Positions 9,012 through 19,034 of a DNA stretch of 46,196 bases are shown here, one piece after another. Positions within the stretch are counted from its first letter, which is position 1. Each line of letters begins with the position of its first letter. The stretch is from Candidatus Zambryskiibacteriota bacterium (lineage in GTDB: Bacteria; Patescibacteriota; Minisyncoccia; Phycocordibacterales; WO2-35-19): positions 1 to 46,196 of the forward strand of contig CAWJAC010000003.1 of assembly GCA_963840745.1 (NCBI GenBank), written 5' to 3'. The notes below the pieces were generated by a model. That model was not told the origin of the DNA. It saw nothing but the letters and a program-made list of their open reading frames with translations, and did no database searches. Made by a program: the position numbers and the translations under genes.

Positions 9012-10173
9012 ATGAGTAAAAAAATATTATTGATAATAGGAATACTGGTGATCGTGGGCATAGCGGCATTTTTGATTTTGACTTCAAAACCGGCATCAGG
9101 ACCCGGAGGAAACACTGTCGGGTTTTCAATAAGAGATTATTTGCCTTTTGGAAACAGTGGCAATGGAGAGATAAGCACAACAACGGAAACAACACCGGCA
9201 GAAGGAAATGCTTCAAACTCGGCAACTTCGGAAGCGGGGAGACCAATCCCCCGACTAAGAAAATTATCAAGTGAACCGGTAGCTGGCGCCGTGGTTTTCA
9301 ATATGGCGACAACCAGTGTAGTGAGATTTGTGGAAAAGGGCACAGGCAATGTTTATGAGGCTAGATCTGATTCGCTGGCAATTGAGAGGCTCACCAATAC
9401 TACCATCCCTAAAATAATAAGAGCCTTTTGGCTACCGGATGGTTCCGGATTTCTGGCCCAAACTCTAGATTCAGAAAGCCAGATTATTGAAACCAGTTTC
9501 GTAAAATTAGTTAAAAATAATGCCAGCAGTACCAGCGAGAGTCTGACTCCGTTTAGTACAACCATAGGCAAACTGCCGACAGACATAAAAGAAATAACCA
9601 TAAAGCCGGACGGTACCAAAATTTTTTACTACACAACAGACGGTTTACTTTCAAATTGGTTTGTTGCTAACCCTGACGGCACGGGTGCCACATTAGTGAA
9701 TACAAACCCACTCACCGAATGGATACCAAAATGGATTTCTGGCAATACGGTCATAATGCAAACCAAAGGAAGCTCCGAGGCTGTTAGTTATAATTATTCA
9801 TTTGATGTTTTAACTAAAATCATCAAAAAAATAGGGGTCGCTGAAACTGGCATATCTCCTCAGACCCAAACCTTGGCTGACAAATGCGCCCAATCGGCAA
9901 AAAGCAAAACCGCCACCCTTTATTGCGCCGTACCTTATGAATTCCCGAGCGGCAATTATCCGGATGTCTGGTTCAAGGGCTTGGTTTCAACTCAAGATTC
10001 AATCAAAAAAATAGATGTGGTTAATAATATTACCAGCACCGTCGCCGATGTTTCTTCAATATCCCAAGAAAAGATCGACGTGGTTGATATATCACTCTCT
10101 CCCAGATGAATCCCACCTTATTTTCCGCAACAAAGTCGACGGTTATCTGTGGATGTTGAGGGTTAGCGAGTAG
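9012..10173 (+). CDS. Membrane-anchored beta-propeller (TolB/PD40-like) repeat protein; 3' end frameshifted
   Basis: N-terminal TM helix with repeated PDGS/PDGT-type motifs. The tracked ORF stops at 10109 (SLSPR*). A shift near 10101-10104 continues as DESHLIFRNKVDGYLWMLRVSE* with a stop at 10171-10173. Confidence 0.6.
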
Positions 10174-10888
10174 CCATCTGCTTCCTGACATAAATATCTT
10201 GTAGTATTCCAACTGCATTGCTGACAAACCAGTAGAGAGCTACTACGCCTGATATTCTCCAAGAAATGAAAAATACTATAAGTGGCATAGTGTATTTCAT
10301 TTGTTTGTTCAGCATTGCTCCAAAATCTGCCGTCCCACTGCCGACGTTGCCTTTGCTTAGCGAGCTTGCCTTCGTCCCAATTGAAGCCAAGTGCATTTGT
10401 AAAAAAGTGCTGGCCGCAGCCAAGAGCGCCAATATAATACTTTTTTGGGAAATATCAATAAGTCCCAAAAAATTCATAGAGACTGATATTGGTACTTTTA
10501 CAAAAGAGTAGATAATGCTTGTGTCAATATGAGGCAAACCGGATTTTAAAAATATGAAGTAAAGCGAATATATAATAGGAATTTGGATAATTATGGTTAA
10601 AATACTGGAAAAAGGGTTGATGTTGTTAGTTTTGTAAAATTCCATCACTTTGACGGCTTGTTCTTGTTTATCTTTATATTTTTCTTTTATTAAGTTGAGT
10701 TCTCCCTCTTTCTCTTTCATTTTGGTTTGGGCGACGGTAGACTTTTTGGCGAGAGGGTAGAGGATTATTTTTACCAGCACAGTTAAAATAACCGTGGCAA
10801 TACCAGCGTCAACCCATTTTATATTCAAGATAAGAACTAAAATGTTATAAAGGGGTATATAAATTATTGTTTTAAAGAAGGCTATCAT
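10163..10888 (-). CDS. yidC: Membrane protein insertase YidC (short form)
   Basis: Polytopic protein in the conserved rpmH-rnpA-yidC order, with YidC/Oxa1-like helices and a charged loop (KMKEKEGELNLIKEKYKDKQEQ). Confidence 0.85.
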   Translation of the reverse strand: MIAFFKTIIYIPLYNILVLILNIKWVDAGIATVILTVLVKIILYPLAKKSTVAQTKMKEKEGELNLIKEKYKDKQEQAVKVMEFYKTNNINPFSSILTIIIQIPIIYSLYFIFLKSGLPHIDTSIIYSFVKVPISVSMNFLGLIDISQKSIILALLAAASTFLQMHLASIGTKASSLSKGNVGSGTADFGAMLNKQMKYTMPLIVFFISWRISGVVALYWFVSNAVGILQDIYVRKQMATR

Positions 10889-11198
10889 TTAATATTGATT
10901 CAAGGTTTTTAATAATTTCCTCATTGTCTTTTGGAATTTTTCTGAAAGAAAAACTGGCAATTACGTTTGGTTTTATTTCTGGAAGGTATCTTTCGAGTAA
11001 CTGGTAACCGGCACGTCTCATTCTGTTGCGCACTACTGCATTTTTGGCCACTTTTTTGGAAACAGAGAAGCAAAAACGGCTCTGGAATTGATTCGCTAGG
11101 ACAAACCTTAACAAAAAAAGGTTATTCTTGAACGTTTTTGCCCCATCTAACAGTAATGGGAACATTTTTCTTGGAATTCTTCTGTTTTTGGGAAACAT
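10872..11198 (-). CDS. rnpA: Ribonuclease P protein component
   Basis: A 108-aa basic protein with the AVVRNRMRR (RNR-type) motif, located directly downstream of rpmH. Confidence 0.85.
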   Translation of the reverse strand: MFPKNRRIPRKMFPLLLDGAKTFKNNLFLLRFVLANQFQSRFCFSVSKKVAKNAVVRNRMRRAGYQLLERYLPEIKPNVIASFSFRKIPKDNEEIIKNLESILNDSLL

Positions 11199-11204
11199 TA
11201 AATA

Positions 11205-11339
11205 TTAGACTGATATTTTTTTACGACCCTTGCGGCGGCGGCTTTGCAAGACTCTAGAGCCATTCGAGCTTCTGCTGCGTTTCAAAAAGCCGTGGCTCCT
11301 CATTCTCTTTCTTTTTTTGGGCTGGTGTGTAATTGACAT
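11205..11339 (-). CDS. rpmH: 50S ribosomal protein L34
   Basis: Absent from the ORF track because it is under 60 aa. The reverse complement translates to [44 protein letters not shown], a clear L34 pattern. Confidence 0.9.
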   Translation of the reverse strand: MSITHQPKKRKRMRSHGFLKRSRSSNGSRVLQSRRRKGRKKISV

Positions 11340-11441
11340 CCTATTAGAAGTTAGCTCTTAAAAATTATCAACTTGTTATTCACAAATTATAAACAAATTA
11401 CAGAATAAACACAAGTTCCTTAAATGTAATTTGAATATATA

Positions 11442-12794
11442 ATGGTTTGCATGGACACTAAAGAGCTTTGGAACAATGTTTTGACAGAGATAGAATCTTC
11501 AGTCTCTAAAGCAAATTTTGCGACCTGGTTTAAAGAAACCAAAATCTCCGGCTTTGAAAATGGGGTGATCTATCTGTCTGTCCCCAATACTTTTGTTCAA
11601 GAGTGGCTGATGAAAAAATTCCACAGCCTTGTACTAAAGCTTCTGCGTCAATCTTCCGAATCAGTACATGCGCTCGAATATGTAATCAAGGAAGAAAGCA
11701 AGCAAAAAAACCAATATATTCCAACAAAAGCCGCCTCTCCAACCAGGGAACTGCCTTTGTCGGAATTTTGTGTAAATAAAGATGATAACCTAAACCCAAG
11801 ATACACTTTTGAATCATTTGTTGTCGGACCGTTCAATGAATTGGCCTACGCCGCGGCTCAGGCAGTTATAAAAAACCTTGGGATAACTTACAATCCCTTT
11901 TTTATTTATGGAAATACCGGGCACGGCAAAACCCATCTCATACAAGCTATGGGTAATGCCGTCAAAGCCATTGATCCTTCAAAAAAAATATATTATTTCA
12001 CTTCTGAAAAATTTTGTAACGATTATGTCGCTTCCGTTCAAGCAAACAAAGTGGACCAGTTCAAAGAGAAGTATCGAAAATACGATATGCTCATAATGGA
12101 TGACATTCAATTTCTCTCCGGTAAAGAAAAAACCCAGGAGGAGCTTTTCCATCTTTTTAATATAATGAAAGACAGCAACAAACATATCGTTTTTTCCAGC
12201 GATAAACATCCAAACTTTATAACCGGCCTTGAAGACAGACTGAAATCGAGATTTGCCGCTGGTATGGTTGTGGATATTCCGGCTCCAGACCAAGAATCAA
12301 GAGTGGCTATCATAAAATCCAAGTGTGCCAGCATAAATCTCTTTATAGATGAAGGGATTATTGACTATTTGGCTGAATCTATAAAAGGCAACATTAGGGA
12401 CTTAGAAGGTGTTATAAACTTAATTGTCTGCCAAACGGAAACAAAAAATAAAATTTTAACCCTTAATGAGGTTAAGGATTTGGTCAAAAATAGCATCAAA
12501 CAAAAGAAATTGTTATCATATAAAGAAGTGGTTAAGATAATAGCCGATTTTTATAAAATAGAAGAAGAAATAATTTACGAAAAAACCAGAAAAAAGGAAG
12601 TGATCAAACCAAGACAGATAATAATGTATATTTTAAGAGAAGACTTCAGCATCTCTTATCCGTCAATAGGGGAAAAATTAGGAGGCAGGGATCATACTAC
12701 CGTTATCCATTCCTGTGAGAAAATAAAAAGAGAAGTTAAAAGTGATGTTTTATTATTAAAAGAAATACAAGAAATCAGGTCTATTATTGGTTAA
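11442..12794 (+). CDS. dnaA: Chromosomal replication initiator protein DnaA
   Basis: Walker A GNTGHGKTHL, Walker B LIMDDIQF, and the C-terminal DNA-binding signature GGRDHTTVIHSCEKI. An alternative start is the ATG at 11451. Confidence 0.95.
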   Translation: MVCMDTKELWNNVLTEIESSVSKANFATWFKETKISGFENGVIYLSVPNTFVQEWLMKKFHSLVLKLLRQSSESVHALEYVIKEESKQKNQYIPTKAASPTRELPLSEFCVNKDDNLNPRYTFESFVVGPFNELAYAAAQAVIKNLGITYNPFFIYGNTGHGKTHLIQAMGNAVKAIDPSKKIYYFTSEKFCNDYVASVQANKVDQFKEKYRKYDMLIMDDIQFLSGKEKTQEELFHLFNIMKDSNKHIVFSSDKHPNFITGLEDRLKSRFAAGMVVDIPAPDQESRVAIIKSKCASINLFIDEGIIDYLAESIKGNIRDLEGVINLIVCQTETKNKILTLNEVKDLVKNSIKQKKLLSYKEVVKIIADFYKIEEEIIYEKTRKKEVIKPRQIIMYILREDFSISYPSIGEKLGGRDHTTVIHSCEKIKREVKSDVLLLKEIQEIRSIIG

Positions 12795-12993
12795 TTAGTT
12801 GTTGATTAAATGTTTATTGAATGTGTGTGAGGTGTTATTAAAATCACTAATTTAAAAAAATAAAAATTATTAAAACCTACTTATAAACACTAATTAAAAT
12901 TTAAAAATTAATAATACTATCAAAAATAAGGTTTATTTAACAAATCCACCAATCCACAGTATAATATGAATATAAAAATTTAAATTAAATAAA
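12795..12993. other. Putative oriC segment (AT-rich DUE plus DnaA-box-like 9-mers) in the dnaA-dnaN spacer
   Basis: A very AT-rich 199-bp non-coding spacer. It holds TTATAAACA (12891-12899), AAATCCACC (12942-12950) and CAATCCACA (12950-12958). Related boxes lie upstream of dnaA: TTATTCACA (11376-11384) and TTATAAACA (11387-11395). Confidence 0.5.
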
Positions 12994-14094
12994 ATGAAAT
13001 TAGAATGCAATAAATCAAAAATAGAGTCTGTTATTCAAAAAGCTTCAAAGTTGGCAAATAAGCATCTAACCTTACCAGTTCTTTCTTGTGTCTATTTAGA
13101 TGTTTTAAATGACAACAAACTTATTGTAAAATCAACCAATTTGGATATTGGAGTAGAAATTGAATTAAAAGTTAAAACCATAGAGAAAGGCACCATAGCG
13201 GTGCCGGCCAGTATTCTACTTGGAGTGCTATCTTCAATCAAGGAAGATGATTTAGTTTTTGAAACTAAAGATAATAATCTTAAAATATCTTCCAATAAAA
13301 ATTCAGCGATCATTAAATGCATGCCGCATGAAGATTTTCCAAGTATTCCTAAAATAAAAGATCTTAAAATAATAAAAATAAATTGTCGAGATCTTATTTT
13401 GGGGTTTAAATCAGTTTGGTATAGCGCCTCAAATTCAAACATTAAACCTGAATTATCAAGCGTTTATATATATAAAGGAGATAATAATCTGGTTTTTGTA
13501 TCCACCGACTCTTTCCGTTTGGCTGAAAAAAGAGTTAACACTAAAATCGCCACAGATTTTCCTCAAACTTTGATACCTTACAGAAATGTTTCGGAAATAA
13601 TAAAATTATTTGAGGATTATAATGGGGACATAAACATTGTTTTTGAAAAAAACCAAGCCGCTTTTACTACCGAGAATATTTATTTAGTCTCAAGGCTTAT
13701 AGACGGCTCTTTCCCAGATTACAAACAAATAATACCAAAAACATTTAGTACTACCGCCACTATTTTAAAGGAAGATTTGATAGATTCAATAAAAACATCA
13801 AATATTTTTTCAGACTCTTTGAATCAGGTTAAGTTAAAGGTAGATACTAAAACGAAATCATTAAATATAGAATCAAAAAATAATGATGTCGGTGAATATT
13901 ATAATTCAATCAATGCTTCGGTCTCCGGCGAAAATATAGAATTGAATTTCAACAGTCGGTACGTAATTGATTGCGTGCAATCGATTCCTTCTGACAGCTT
14001 AACTTTGAGTTTTGGCGGCATTGGCAAGCCTTTGGCTATAAACGGAGCCACCGATAAAAGTTTCCTCTACATCGTGATGCCGATGAATAGATAA
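12994..14094 (+). CDS. dnaN: DNA polymerase III beta sliding clamp
   Basis: A 366-aa protein directly after dnaA, with the typical three-domain beta-clamp sequence and a C-terminus ending IVMPMNR. Confidence 0.95.
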   Translation: MKLECNKSKIESVIQKASKLANKHLTLPVLSCVYLDVLNDNKLIVKSTNLDIGVEIELKVKTIEKGTIAVPASILLGVLSSIKEDDLVFETKDNNLKISSNKNSAIIKCMPHEDFPSIPKIKDLKIIKINCRDLILGFKSVWYSASNSNIKPELSSVYIYKGDNNLVFVSTDSFRLAEKRVNTKIATDFPQTLIPYRNVSEIIKLFEDYNGDINIVFEKNQAAFTTENIYLVSRLIDGSFPDYKQIIPKTFSTTATILKEDLIDSIKTSNIFSDSLNQVKLKVDTKTKSLNIESKNNDVGEYYNSINASVSGENIELNFNSRYVIDCVQSIPSDSLTLSFGGIGKPLAINGATDKSFLYIVMPMNR

Positions 14095-14097
14095 TAT

Positions 14098-14346
14098 ATG
14101 AATAGTATTGCCGGGTTTTTGCAAAAGTTTTTAAATCTTGAAAAAGATAATAATACAAAATTATTATTGATTTTGGAGGCAATAAAAAAAGAAACGGGAG
14201 TGGAATTAAAAAAAGAAGAGCTTCTAATAAAAGGGGACAATGTAAAACTAAAATGTAATCCGGTTTTTAGAAACGAAATTTTTATGCACCAGTCTCAAAT
14301 TGAAGAGCAATTGAAATCTTCAAAAATATTTTTGAAGATTGTTTAG
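14098..14346 (+). CDS. Small hypothetical protein; possibly DUF721/DciA-like
   Basis: An 82-aa ORF starting 3 nt after dnaN. The pattern LLIKGDNVKLKCNPVFRNEIFMHQSQIEEQLK loosely resembles the DUF721 core. The functional call is speculative. Confidence 0.45.
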   Translation: MNSIAGFLQKFLNLEKDNNTKLLLILEAIKKETGVELKKEELLIKGDNVKLKCNPVFRNEIFMHQSQIEEQLKSSKIFLKIV

Positions 14347-14353
14347 TAGGTTA

Positions 14354-16513
14354 TTAATTCTGGTTTAAAATAACCGGCTGATCATTTCCGTAACCATTTT
14401 GTTGTGCCCAGAGGCGGACGGCGTATTCCCAATTGTTAAATTGAGAGTCATCGGAAGGATTTGTTGGCATGAGGCCTCTCGGGTCATCTTTATTGACCCA
14501 ATTTAAGATAGAATGAACCCCACCCGTGACCATTGTAGTTCCGGGAGTTGAACTGGCTAGTATGCCGCCCTGCCATATACCCTGGAGGACAGGCTTCAAT
14601 TGGGTTTTATCTTCCACTAAAGGCGCCTCGAATTGTTCATTTGGATATTTAACCAATACTTGATCCATAAAAGCCCGCCACATGGGAGCGACGATGAGAC
14701 CCGCTACTTTTTTAACCATTGGTGAGTTGTCATTATTACCAGCCCAGGCCCCGACAGCAATTGAGGGGGTGTAGCCCATTATCCAAGCGTCTCTGGAATC
14801 GTTTGTGGTACCGGTTTTAACAGCCACATCTCTATCCGGAAAATATAAAGCGGAAGTTTGTCCGTAAGATGGCGCTCTAGCGACGTTGTCAGAAAGAATA
14901 TTTGATATTTTCAAGGTAATCTCTTTATCCAAAACTTGAGTCGGATTTGGGTCGTGTGTTTCCAAAATATTTCCATCTTTATCTTTTATTTCAATAATGG
15001 GGGAGATGTCTGTCCTAACGCCTTCATTGGCAAAAACTCCGTAAGCTCCGGTAAGTTCAAGGGGAGTAACTTCACCACCTCCCAAAACCAGAGTCAGCCC
15101 ATAATCTCCCTTGTTGGAAAGAGATTGTATACCCATGTCTCTGGCCAACCGGATTGAGTCACTTAAACCGGCCAAGTATAAAACTTTTACAGAGGGTACG
15201 TTTATAGATTGAGCCAAAGCGTTTCGCATGGTGATTGGTCCCCTGAAGATATTGTCAAAGTTGTCCGGAGAGTAACAGCCATTCCCTGTTGTTAGGTTGT
15301 TGGGGGCGCAAGAAGTTGAAAATTGGGTTTTTACATCAAAAAGAACAGTATCAGGTGTGTAGCCTTTTATGAAAGCTTCGGAATAAACAAATGGTTTTAT
15401 TGTTGATCCGGGCTGTCTCTTGGCTGTGGTGACATTAAAAGCCCCGTCTATTTCCTTGTCAAAATAATCTCTTGAGCCAACCATGGTCAGTATCCCTCCG
15501 GTTTTTGGATCTATGGCTACAATAGCGGCATTCTCTGCATTGAAATTTATTTTATTTTGCAAAGCGTAATCATGAGCCACTTTTTCGCCTATAGACTGCA
15601 AATCGTAATCCAGTGAAGTTGTAACACGCAGCCCCCCGTTGGTAAGGGCCTCTTCCCCATACTTCTTTGTGATGTAATCTAGAACATAAAAAACAAAATG
15701 CGGGGCTTTTATGCTAGAGTCGCCCTTTGGAACAAAAGAAACTTTTTCTGCCATGGCGGAATTATATTCATTTTGAGTAATAAAATTGTTATTTAACATT
15801 TCTTTTAAAACCAAATTTTTTCTTCCTTCAAGTTGGTCTCTATTTGGACCATATGGAGAATAATATGTCGGCGCTTTCGGTAAAGCCGCGAGGTAGGCCG
15901 CTTCGGCAAGTGTCACGTCCGAAGATTTTTTACCAAAGAAAGCTTGACTAGCTTCTTCTACACCGTAAATATTGCCGCCATAGGGTATTTCATTCAGATA
16001 CATTGACAGAATCTCATCTTTTGAGAGTATTTGTTCCAATTTTACCGCCAATACTAGTTCCTTTAATTTTCTTGATACATCCTTGTTGTTTGTGAGAATC
16101 GAATTTTTGACTACTTGCTGGGTAATGGTTGAGCCTCCCTGGCTCCAGCTAAGGGTCATAATGTTTATAAAAAATGCTCGCAAAAGGGACAATGGCTCTA
16201 TGCCGTGATGTTGGTAGAAATTTTTATCTTCTATGGCAATAGTGGCGTTTTTGATATATCTGGATATGTTTTCTATGGGCACGGTGCTTCGCCTCACACT
16301 GCCGCCGGTATCATAAAGAAGAATTTGTCCGGTCCGGTCGTATATCTTTGTTGATTCAGTGACTATTCTTTCTTGTATTGATTCTGTGGTTGGCACTTTA
16401 AAAGTGCTTATCCAAAAGAGTATTAAAGCTACTAATACTAAAAAAACTGACAGCAAAAGCATTGCTAGTGTTTTAATAACAAATAGGTGTTTTCTTATGA
16501 AAGTTTTTATCAT
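14354..16513 (-). CDS. Penicillin-binding protein 1A family (bifunctional glycosyltransferase/transpeptidase)
   Basis: GT51 motifs EDKNFYQHHG and GGSTITQQ. Transpeptidase motifs STIKP (SxxK), SIN (SxN) and KTGTT. Confidence 0.9.
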   Translation of the reverse strand: MIKTFIRKHLFVIKTLAMLLLSVFLVLVALILFWISTFKVPTTESIQERIVTESTKIYDRTGQILLYDTGGSVRRSTVPIENISRYIKNATIAIEDKNFYQHHGIEPLSLLRAFFINIMTLSWSQGGSTITQQVVKNSILTNNKDVSRKLKELVLAVKLEQILSKDEILSMYLNEIPYGGNIYGVEEASQAFFGKKSSDVTLAEAAYLAALPKAPTYYSPYGPNRDQLEGRKNLVLKEMLNNNFITQNEYNSAMAEKVSFVPKGDSSIKAPHFVFYVLDYITKKYGEEALTNGGLRVTTSLDYDLQSIGEKVAHDYALQNKINFNAENAAIVAIDPKTGGILTMVGSRDYFDKEIDGAFNVTTAKRQPGSTIKPFVYSEAFIKGYTPDTVLFDVKTQFSTSCAPNNLTTGNGCYSPDNFDNIFRGPITMRNALAQSINVPSVKVLYLAGLSDSIRLARDMGIQSLSNKGDYGLTLVLGGGEVTPLELTGAYGVFANEGVRTDISPIIEIKDKDGNILETHDPNPTQVLDKEITLKISNILSDNVARAPSYGQTSALYFPDRDVAVKTGTTNDSRDAWIMGYTPSIAVGAWAGNNDNSPMVKKVAGLIVAPMWRAFMDQVLVKYPNEQFEAPLVEDKTQLKPVLQGIWQGGILASSTPGTTMVTGGVHSILNWVNKDDPRGLMPTNPSDDSQFNNWEYAVRLWAQQNGYGNDQPVILNQN

Positions 16514-16558
16514 CCCTATATATTATGCCAAAAAGCGGAATTATGGTAGCATTTTTAT

Positions 16559-17774
<1,216 letters not shown>

Positions 17775-17778
17775 TCTT

Positions 17779-17916
17779 TTACATTTCTTCTTCATCCTCA
17801 TCTTCCTCGTCAATTTCTTTGATTTTCTTCGGTATCAACAAACCATCTGCATCAAATTCTTCTTCCTCTTCTTCGGTGACATCTTCTACCGGATCTAATT
17901 GATCATCATCATTCAT
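17779..17916 (-). CDS. Small highly acidic hypothetical ORF (45 aa)
   Basis: Not in the track. The reverse complement reads MNDDDQLDPVEDVTEEEEEEFDADGLLIPKKIKEIDEEDEDEEEM*. It lies downstream of ruvC on the same strand. Coding status is uncertain. Confidence 0.3.
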   Translation of the reverse strand: MNDDDQLDPVEDVTEEEEEEFDADGLLIPKKIKEIDEEDEDEEEM

Positions 17917-17981
17917 GATTTAAAAATTATTTTTAATTTCAGACTAATACTTTTTATCATATTAAAATGTTTTTGCAATAT

Positions 17982-18494
17982 TTAGACAAGCATATCTGTG
18001 GATAAAGAAATGGCGGCACAAGTGAGGGCGATTGCTACAGCATCATATTCATCGTCATGTCTTTTTTGTTTGCCGGCCAGGGACTTCATTTTTATCAGTT
18101 TCTCCACCATATAAATGACTTGTTTTTTGTCGCTTTTGCCATAGCCGGTAACAGCCAGTTTTATTTGGTTTGGATTAAATTCTCTTAAAACAACATTGCA
18201 TCTGGTTATCTCTGCCAATATTACTCCGCGGGCCTCGGCTACTTGCAAAGCCGTTTTTTTATTTTTACTCCAAAGTAAAGTCTCAACTGCTATTTGATCT
18301 GGTTTATATTTTTTTATTGTTTCTCTAATTTTATTTCCTATAAGAAGCAATCTTTTTGAATGTAACAATTTAACGTCTGTTTCAAAACATTCAGAGTGAA
18401 TCAGTGTTTGATTGCCTTTCTCGTTTTTAATTACAGCTATTCCCATTCTGCCATAACCCGGATCTATACCAAGAATAATATTTTTATTCTGCAT
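17982..18494 (-). CDS. ruvC: Crossover junction endodeoxyribonuclease RuvC
   Basis: Starts ILGIDPGYGRMGIAV, with catalytic D/E residues and the C-terminal DDEYDAVAIAL motif. The start at the internal ATG 18492-18494 (MQNKNIILGID) is preferred over the tracked 18530. Confidence 0.9.
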   Translation of the reverse strand: MQNKNIILGIDPGYGRMGIAVIKNEKGNQTLIHSECFETDVKLLHSKRLLLIGNKIRETIKKYKPDQIAVETLLWSKNKKTALQVAEARGVILAEITRCNVVLREFNPNQIKLAVTGYGKSDKKQVIYMVEKLIKMKSLAGKQKRHDDEYDAVAIALTCAAISLSTDMLV

Positions 18495-19020
18495 TTGTAA
18501 AAACTTCTTGGACCTCGTCATTTTCTTCAAGCTCTTCTGTTAAAATTTCTAATTTTGCGCCATCTTCTTCTGATATCGGTATAGTATTTTTGGGCGTCCA
18601 TTCACTTCCGCTAACCTTTTTTTCAAAAGCCCAAGTGGCCGAGCCCGGCACCGCCAACTCGTACCCATTTTTAGTAAGAATATGTTTTATTTCTTGTGCC
18701 GCCTTATTTCTATTCTCCGTCAAAGCTTCAATGATGAAAGCACATCCGCCCGGCCCATAAGCTTCATAAGTAATTTGCTCCATTTCGCCCCCTTCTCCTC
18801 CAACACCCTTTTTTATAGCTCTTTCAATATTGTCGCTAGGCACGTTAGCTTCTTTGGCTTTTTCAATGGCCGCTCTCAAACTCGGAGCGTTTACGTCTCC
18901 CTTGGCTTTCTTAGACTCAACTGCAACAAAACGCACCAATTTGCCAAAAATCTTAGACTTCTGCGCGTCTGTCACCGCTTTCTTATTTTTTATTTTTGAC
19001 CATTTGTTGTGTCCGGACAT
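18484..19020 (-). CDS. yebC: YebC/PmpR-family DNA-binding regulator (compact form)
   Basis: MSGHNKWSKIKNKKA...YEAYGPGG...ENRNKAA is the classic YebC N-terminus. At 178 aa it is shorter than the usual roughly 240 aa. Confidence 0.85.
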   Translation of the reverse strand: MSGHNKWSKIKNKKAVTDAQKSKIFGKLVRFVAVESKKAKGDVNAPSLRAAIEKAKEANVPSDNIERAIKKGVGGEGGEMEQITYEAYGPGGCAFIIEALTENRNKAAQEIKHILTKNGYELAVPGSATWAFEKKVSGSEWTPKNTIPISEEDGAKLEILTEELEENDEVQEVFTNAE

Positions 19021-19034
19021 AATTTATATTTTAA

